Shown: positions 7,962 through 13,449 of the stretch, piece by piece
Position numbering within the stretch: position 1 is the first letter of the stretch
Layout: each line of letters opens with the position of its first letter
Program-made: the position numbers and the translations under genes
The notes under the pieces: model-generated
The model's database searches: none
What the model was told of the DNA's origin: nothing
The model's input: only the letters and a program-made list of their open reading frames with translations
DNA from: Vulcanimicrobiota bacterium
GTDB lineage: Bacteria; Vulcanimicrobiota; Vulcanimicrobiia; Vulcanimicrobiales; Vulcanimicrobiaceae
Assembly (NCBI GenBank): GCA_963786105.1
Contig: CAWAXX010000028.1
Span: 1 to 13,449, forward strand
Length of the DNA stretch: 13,449 nt
Reading direction: 5' to 3'

Positions 7962-8933
7962 ATGCCGGAGAGTTCACCGTCGGCGCTCATCATCCGCCTC
8001 GATGCGATCGGCGACGCCCTCGCACTAACACCGTTGCTCGCGGCGCTGCGCTCGGCCGCGATTCCCGCCGACATCGTGTTACGGCCCGGAAACGCCGGCA
8101 TTTTTTCTTCGCGCGCTGCGCGCTCGATCGTCGTGAGCGGCTTCGAGCTGCGATCGAGCAAGCCCGCGAACCTCGCGGCCATCGAACGCCTCGGGCGAGA
8201 TCTCGCATCGCGCCGCTACACGCACGCGCTGGTCGCGACCGAAGATCCGAGCGGATATCGTCTCGCGTTGGCCGCACGAGTACCGGTCCGCATCGGCTTT
8301 TCGAACGCGTGGGGCAAACCGGCGAAGACGCTCTGGTCGCGGCGTTTCCTTACCGACAGCGTGTATCGCAGCGCCGGTCTCGACCGCCGCGCGCCGCACG
8401 AGTGCGGGGTGCTCTTCCGCTTGGGCCACGCGCTGCTAGGCGCGACCGCCCAGCCGGCGCGCGATCCGGCCGTGCTCCGGCCGCTGGTCCTGGAAACGGA
8501 CCCGCCGGCAGACGATCGCATCGCCGTGCAAATCACCGACAAATGGGAGCGGCTCGGAATCCCGGCCGAAGACGTCGTCGACCTCGTGCGGCGGTTAAGC
8601 GCGTTTGGAACGCTGCGCCTCCTGGCGCCCGCATCGGAAAGCGACTATGCCGCGCGCGTCGCGTCGGCAGCGGGCCACCACATCGAGAGCTTCGATACGA
8701 CGGAACCGTGGAAATCCGCTATCGGCGCCGCGCCGGTGCTGGTTACGCCCGACTGCGGCGCGTTGCACGTCGCCGGGATGATGGGCACGCCGGTTGTCGG
8801 AGTTTTTCCGCCCACGCGCCATTTCGCGCTGCAGGTTGCCCGCTGGTCGCCGTGGGCGGCGCCGCATCGGATCGTTCGCGCCGGCGAAGGCTGGCCGTCA
8901 CGCGCGGTGGACGCGCTGGCGCAACTGCTGTAA
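7962..8933 (+). CDS. Glycosyltransferase family 9 (heptosyltransferase-like)
   Basis: ATG 7962 is preceded by AGGAG. N-terminal IRLDAIGDALALTPLLAALR, PVRIGF and C-terminal VTPDCGALHVAGMMGTPVVGVF...WSP. 323 aa. Confidence 0.85.
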   Translation: MPESSPSALIIRLDAIGDALALTPLLAALRSAAIPADIVLRPGNAGIFSSRAARSIVVSGFELRSSKPANLAAIERLGRDLASRRYTHALVATEDPSGYRLALAARVPVRIGFSNAWGKPAKTLWSRRFLTDSVYRSAGLDRRAPHECGVLFRLGHALLGATAQPARDPAVLRPLVLETDPPADDRIAVQITDKWERLGIPAEDVVDLVRRLSAFGTLRLLAPASESDYAARVASAAGHHIESFDTTEPWKSAIGAAPVLVTPDCGALHVAGMMGTPVVGVFPPTRHFALQVARWSPWAAPHRIVRAGEGWPSRAVDALAQLL

Positions 8934-8948
8934 AGGCGCCCGCAACCG

Positions 8949-10292
8949 CTAACGGCAGGGAGTGACGCGCCGGTACACTTCGATGCCGCCGGCTCGCAGA
9001 ACCGGAACGTAGCGTCCCGACGCGACTAAGTCGATCAGCGCGCCGGCGTATTCTTGGAGCCGCGGGGATTCGGGATACGCGCGATCGATCAACACGAGGC
9101 AAGCCTGCGTTTCAACGCTCGGATCCTCCGGCAGCAAACGTGCGAACGGGTCGTCTAACCCGAGGTGCGTATACGCTTCCTCTTGGGTTGCAACGCTCGC
9201 GTCGCGGGGAAGCGCGTGCAAGGCTGTGTCGAGCGCGCGGTCGCGCGGTTGCACCGTTCGGAGATTCATTCCGGGATGGAGCGGATTGGCAATCAGCAAC
9301 TCCACTACGCACACCGCCAGCGCCCAATATAAGGCCCGGCGCGCGCGACCGCGCTGCGCGAGATCGGAAATCCCGGCGGCAAACGCCACTAAGACGTAGC
9401 CGATCCAGGCTCCCGCGTAGTGCGTGCCAAGCGTGAACGTCGTGCTCATGCGCGACGCGAGGACCTCGACCAGTGCGGGAAGGGCCAGAATCACGACGCG
9501 CGACCGTAGCGGCACAAACGCCAGCGGCGCGAACGCCAACAGCAAGAATCCCGCACGTTCCAACAATCCGCGCGGGACGAGGTAACGCCAATCAGCCGAA
9601 GTCCACGCGTAAAAGCGCACCGGCTGCCACGCGAGATTGCCGTTGGCGTGCGGTTGGATGACGCGGAAGAACGTCAGCGCGACCGCTACCGAAACCGCGG
9701 CAACGCCGAGCGCCAAACGAAGACGGGCGCGATCGTGGCGATAGGCGACGGCCCCGCAGATGCCGGCAAAGGCCATGAACACCGCCTGATCCTCTTTAAC
9801 GGCTAACGTCAGCGCGGCGAAGAGTGCGGCCCAGCCTAAACGTCCGGCATCGAACGCGTACAACGTCCAGGCAACCGCCGCCGGGGCGAAGCCGTTCTCG
9901 TGAGCGTCGCCGAAGATCAACCCTGCCAGCGGCGGATAGAGCCATACGACCAGCGCCGCGAGCCGTGCGACCGAACGATCGCTCCGCGCGCGAACGATCG
10001 CATATACCGGCGGCGCGCACAACGCTCCCGCAATCGCCTGTAGAGCGATCAACGTTATCGGCGACGGAAAAAGCGCGATCGCAAGGCCCCACGCATAGAG
10101 AATCGGCGAGAAATGAAACGCCCAATGACTACCTTCGAGCGGATTGCAGAAACAGCCAAACGCGCTGGCGGCAGTCTGCTGGAAGATGCCGAAGTCGACG
10201 AAGTTCCGGTGGACGGCGTACTTGACGGCACCGAGGAACGTGAAGAGCGCCGCATAACCGGCACACCCCCACCACAGCACGCGGTCTTTCAT
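8949..10292 (-). CDS. DUF2079-like polytopic membrane protein (putative GT-C glycosyltransferase)
   Basis: The start is placed at ATG 10292 (MKDRVLWW), which overlaps the prfB stop as ATGA. It has many hydrophobic helices and the motifs DFGIFQQ, HFSPIL, GDAHE, KED and HY. 447 aa. Confidence 0.75.
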   Translation of the reverse strand: MKDRVLWWGCAGYAALFTFLGAVKYAVHRNFVDFGIFQQTAASAFGCFCNPLEGSHWAFHFSPILYAWGLAIALFPSPITLIALQAIAGALCAPPVYAIVRARSDRSVARLAALVVWLYPPLAGLIFGDAHENGFAPAAVAWTLYAFDAGRLGWAALFAALTLAVKEDQAVFMAFAGICGAVAYRHDRARLRLALGVAAVSVAVALTFFRVIQPHANGNLAWQPVRFYAWTSADWRYLVPRGLLERAGFLLLAFAPLAFVPLRSRVVILALPALVEVLASRMSTTFTLGTHYAGAWIGYVLVAFAAGISDLAQRGRARRALYWALAVCVVELLIANPLHPGMNLRTVQPRDRALDTALHALPRDASVATQEEAYTHLGLDDPFARLLPEDPSVETQACLVLIDRAYPESPRLQEYAGALIDLVASGRYVPVLRAGGIEVYRRVTPCR

Positions 10293-11388
10293 CGGCGAGT
10301 TTGTTGCAGGTATGGCCAGATGAAAGCGTCGACGTCCCCGTCGAGCACGCCTTGCGCGTTTCCGACGGAAACGTCGGTGCGGTGGTCTTTTACCATTTGG
10401 TAGGGCTGCAACACGTACGAACGGATCTGCGAACCCCATTCGTTTGCCTGGCGCTCGCCTCGCAGGTCTTCGAGGCGTCGATCGCGTTCTTCGGCAGCGC
10501 GCACGACGAGCTTCGCGCGCAGAATGTTGAGCGCGACGTCGCGGTTTTGCGCCTGCGACCGCTCTTGCTGGGACGCCACCACGATGCCGGTCGGAATGTG
10601 GATCAGGCGTACCGCGGACTCCGTCTTGTTGACGTACTGACCACCGGCGCCGCCCGACTTAAACGTTTCGACGCGCAGGTCGTCGGGTTTGACGTCGACA
10701 TCGAGCTCGTCGCCGGCGTCGATCTCCGGAATCACGTCGACTGCGGCAAACGAGGTATGCCGCCGATGCGCGGCGTCGAACGGCGACAACCGCACCAAAC
10801 GGTGCACGCCGCGTTCGCTTTGCAGCATTCCATAGGCGTTACGGCCGCGTACGAAAAACGTGATCGACTTGAGCCCGGCTTCTTCCGCCGGCGACTCGTC
10901 GACGACGTGCGTCGAGAAGTTTTTGGATTCGGCCCAACGCAGGTACATGCGCGCCAGCATCTGCGTCCAGTCCGCGGCATCCACGCCGCCAGCTCCGGCG
11001 AAGATGCTGACGATCGCGCCATGACCGTCGAACTCTCCATTGAAGTTCGCCGCCATTTCGAGTTGATCGATGGCGGATTGCAGCGGCGCCGATGCTCGCA
11101 TCGGCTTCCGGTTGCGCGGCCGGATCGTCGCCGAAGACTTCCAGCATTTCGCGCGCGTCCTGCAGCGAACGCGCGACGCTCGAAACCGCGCCGGTCTCGG
11201 CTTGCAGATCCGCCAGCTCTTTCATGACGCGCTGGGCTGCGTCGGGATTGCTCCAGAAACCCTCGGCTCGAGAACGCTCCTCTAGCTCGATTACTCGGCG
11301 GCTCTTCCCCGCGTAGTCAAAGACGCTCCTTGAGCGTTTTGAGACGCTCGTCGAGGCGCGCGATCGTGGTTACCTGCGTGTCGCTCAT
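10289..11388 (-). CDS. prfB: Peptide chain release factor 2, encoded across three reading frames (one programmed +1 frameshift plus one extra frame break)
   Basis: Frame A: ATG 11388, MSDTQVTTIARLDERLKTLKERL-TGA. Frame B from 11318: DYAGKSRRVIELEERSRAEGFWSNPDAAQRVMKEL...EADASIGA. Frame C from about 11083: LQSAIDQLEM...AGAGGVDAADW, ERGVHRLVRLSPF (RF2-specific SPF), GGQ and WGSQIRSYV. The joined product is 365 aa. Confidence 0.95.
11316..11331 (-). promoter_or_regulatory. RF2 autoregulatory +1 programmed ribosomal frameshift site
   Basis: The minus strand reads AAGGAG-CGT-CTT-TGA-C: an internal Shine-Dalgarno, a 3-nt spacer, then the conserved CTT TGA C at codon 23. Confidence 0.95.
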
Positions 11389-11483
11389 CGCGGCAACGCG
11401 CTTCGGACAATCCGGCGCTGCCCCCTTGTCGCCGGACGCGCCGGTCGTGAACGGCGTTCAACCACTACGACGGAGGTTGATCG

Positions 11484-12464
11484 ATGTCCATCCAGCCGCT
11501 CGAAGGGCCGCTCGGCCCGGCTTCACTCTCGCCTTTTACCAGCATTGGCGACGGCGCAGGCGCGCTCTCGCCGGGGATCGCTCCCGGGAGCGTCACCGGC
11601 GACGCCATTTCGCGCGTCGCACCGCCGTGGCTCACCGGTGCCATGTCAAACCCGGCGCAAACCGCGATGTTCGGGCCGCTCCCCGGGCTGCTGCAGCAAC
11701 TTTTGCAGATGCTCCAGTACATGATGGGCGGTTCATACGGAAGCGACGGCAACTGCTACCCGTATTCAAACGGCGCCGGAAACTGTCCGCCGTACGGAAA
11801 CGAGCGCTACTTTCAGAACGCGACCGGCGCGAGCGAAGGCGATCCGCATCTGTCCTTCAATGGAAGTAAGTGGAACAGCATGGTCTCGCATCCCGACTTG
11901 CTCAACTCTGACTCGATTCCAGGCGGGTTTCGAATTTCGACGCAAGTTACGACTCCGAACGAAAGAGGCGTCACCCGAAACCAATCGGCGACGATTGCGC
12001 TGGATAACGGCCAGACGAAGATTTCGATGAACAACGACGGCCAAGCTTCGATCACCGAAGACGGCCGGAACGTTTCGATCTCCGCCGGTCAAACGCTGCA
12101 GCTGGGCAACGGCGCGAGCGTCACGTGCAATCGGAACGGCTCGCTCACGGTCGATGCGTGTAACGGTGCAGGCGGACGTATCGACACGACCCTGACGGCA
12201 AAGGGCCAAGGCGTTAACGTCGACGTCACCGCACACGACGTCGACCTCGGCGGTGCGCTGGTCAGAGGCCCGGAACACTGGGCGCAACCTGGCCCCATTC
12301 CCGGCAGTCCGCACTCGGGCCCGATCGAAAACCCAGGCCCAATTCCCGATCCGTACGCCGGGAATCCGTACTCCGGACCCATCGAGAACCCGTTCTCAAA
12401 CCTCAACTCGCCGGTCTACGATTGGTCGCAATCGCAAAACGCGTACGACCTCGTGGGACTGTAA
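11484..12464 (+). CDS. Hypothetical protein with GDPH motif (MIIA/DUF1521- or VWD-like beta domain), low-complexity N-terminus and Pro-rich C-terminal repeats
   Basis: 326 aa. A strong SD (GGAGGT, 11472-11477) precedes ATG 11484, and the gene is followed by a terminator. GDPH is at residues 119-122. The domain assignment is an inference. Confidence 0.75.
   Translation: MSIQPLEGPLGPASLSPFTSIGDGAGALSPGIAPGSVTGDAISRVAPPWLTGAMSNPAQTAMFGPLPGLLQQLLQMLQYMMGGSYGSDGNCYPYSNGAGNCPPYGNERYFQNATGASEGDPHLSFNGSKWNSMVSHPDLLNSDSIPGGFRISTQVTTPNERGVTRNQSATIALDNGQTKISMNNDGQASITEDGRNVSISAGQTLQLGNGASVTCNRNGSLTVDACNGAGGRIDTTLTAKGQGVNVDVTAHDVDLGGALVRGPEHWAQPGPIPGSPHSGPIENPGPIPDPYAGNPYSGPIENPFSNLNSPVYDWSQSQNAYDLVGL
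12288..12392 (+). repeat. Intragenic Pro-rich peptide duplication: PGPIP x2 and G[S/N]P[H/Y]SGPIENP x2
   Basis: The translation is PGPIPGSPHSGPIENPGPIPDPYAGNPYSGPIENP. The DNA copies differ mostly at synonymous positions. Confidence 0.8.
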
Positions 12465-12496
12465 ACGCCCGGAGTTCCAACGGCAGATTCGTTAAG

Positions 12497-12528
12497 AAAG
12501 ATGGGCTCGCGAAGGCGAGCCCATCTTT
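12497..12528. terminator. Bidirectional intrinsic terminator
   Basis: Perfect 14-bp inverted repeat AAAGATGGGCTCGC-GAAG-GCGAGCCCATCTTT lying between two convergent genes, with T-rich ends on both strands. Confidence 0.88.
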
Positions 12529-12549
12529 GTACCCGGTGCCGGCGCGCGG

Positions 12550-13449
12550 TCACAGGGTAATTCGAAAGATCGTTCCGCAACCCGGGCCGGTGTTTGCGCA
12601 CCCTTGTCCACCTTCAGAGGCACTCCCGAAAAGGTGGCCGTTGAGGGTCGTCAGGTTCGCCTGCGGCGACTCGCCGTCGGCGTTGCCTTGGAAGCTGTAA
12701 AGGACGCTTTCACCACCCGATGCCGTCATCGCGAAAACCGTCCCGCAGCCATTGTCGCTCGGCTCGCATCCCGAGCCGCCGGCGCCGCCGCCGGAGGTTG
12801 TGCCGTAAAGCGTGCCCTTAAAGTACGTTAGCGCAGCGAACGGATTTGCGCCATCCGGCGGACCCGCGAAGCTGTAGATGACGCTTTCTTGCCCAGTCGG
12901 AGTGACTTGGAAAACGGTGCCGTCACCGCTCGCGCCGCCCGACCACGTTGTCCCATACAACATGCCGGCGGCGTTCACCAAGGTTGCGACCGGGCGCGTG
13001 CCGTCCGAACCCGACTGACCGAAGCTGTATTCGAGCACTTCTTGGCCGGACGTCGTCACGCTGAAAACCGTTCCGCAACCCGCCGGATTATAGTTCGAGC
13101 ACGCGCCGGTTCCGCCGTACTCCGTGGTACCGTACAACGTCCCGTTGACGACGATTAAACCCGATCGAGGAGTTGCACCGTCCGGTTGCCCTTGAAAGCT
13201 ATAGAGAACTTTTTCCTTGCCGGATGGCTTGATCGAGAAGACGGTTCCGACGTTGTTCGCACCGCCGGACTCCGTCGTGCCGTAGAGGGTGCCGTTATAG
13301 GCGAGCAGCGTGGCCATTGGGCTTTTTCCGTCGCCCGGGGAACCCGCAAAACTATAGATCAACCGCTTCGCCCCGGACGAAGTGATCGAAAAGACCGTTC
13401 CATTGTTATTTGCGCCGCCGGCTTGGGTGGTTCCGTAAAGCACGCCATT
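12550..13449 (-). CDS. GloVer (Gloeo/Verruco) tandem-repeat protein, probable secreted beta-propeller; 5' end lies outside the window
   Basis: Six repeats of about 50-60 aa, LYGTT..GG....GTVF.(I/V)..SG.E.VLYSF...DG..P (the sixth is degenerate). The frame is open to the window edge (AAT GGC GTG CTT TAC), so the ORF-track start at 13443 is not the real start. Confidence 0.88.
   Translation of the reverse strand, partial: NGVLYGTTQAGGANNNGTVFSITSSGAKRLIYSFAGSPGDGKSPMATLLAYNGTLYGTTESGGANNVGTVFSIKPSGKEKVLYSFQGQPDGATPRSGLIVVNGTLYGTTEYGGTGACSNYNPAGCGTVFSVTTSGQEVLEYSFGQSGSDGTRPVATLVNAAGMLYGTTWSGGASGDGTVFQVTPTGQESVIYSFAGPPDGANPFAALTYFKGTLYGTTSGGGAGGSGCEPSDNGCGTVFAMTASGGESVLYSFQGNADGESPQANLTTLNGHLFGSASEGGQGCANTGPGCGTIFRITL

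Noticed and set aside
10293..10439. Arg-rich N-terminal extension of the DUF2079-like ORF
   Set aside because: It lies within the prfB 3' end. ATG 10292 with the ATGA overlap is the more plausible start.
10839..11225. 128-aa ORF as an independent gene
   Set aside because: Its first ~47 residues are the middle segment of RF2 and the rest is out-of-frame read-through.
11448..11468. LexA box (GAAC-N4-GTTC) or HrpL hrp box (GGAACC-N16-CCAC) upstream of the GDPH gene
   Set aside because: The spacing is wrong for both: N3 for the GAAC/GTTC pair, and about 8 nt to CCAC.
12550..13449. CRISPR array or DGR-like nucleotide repeats
   Set aside because: The repeats are degenerate at DNA level and conserved only as protein. 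No cas or reverse transcriptase gene is present in the window.

Overview
GC-rich bacterial chromosomal segment made up mostly of housekeeping genes. The gene set and the LYGTT/GTVF repeat protein are suggestive of Vulcanimicrobiota/Eremiobacterota, but this is an inference. Order: HD-domain dNTPase-like gene (+), convergent with a minus-strand run ybjQ-like > family-4 UDG > rlmN > MmcQ/YjbR > glyQS > ppdK; then a GT9 glycosyltransferase (+), convergent with prfB > DUF2079-like membrane protein (-); then an orphan 326-aa protein (+), a bidirectional terminator and a truncated GloVer-repeat protein (-). Most notable: (1) the orphan protein has no signal peptide but combines a harpin-like N-terminus, a GDPH autocleavage-type motif heading a beta-rich domain, and a Pro-rich repeat tail; (2) prfB has the canonical CTT-TGA-C +1 frameshift and also needs a second +1 shift near 11084-11090; (3) several starts look leaderless, with one clear extended -10 and a recurring RGG-N18-GAA motif; (4) the UDG tail carries a candidate beta-clamp-binding motif.
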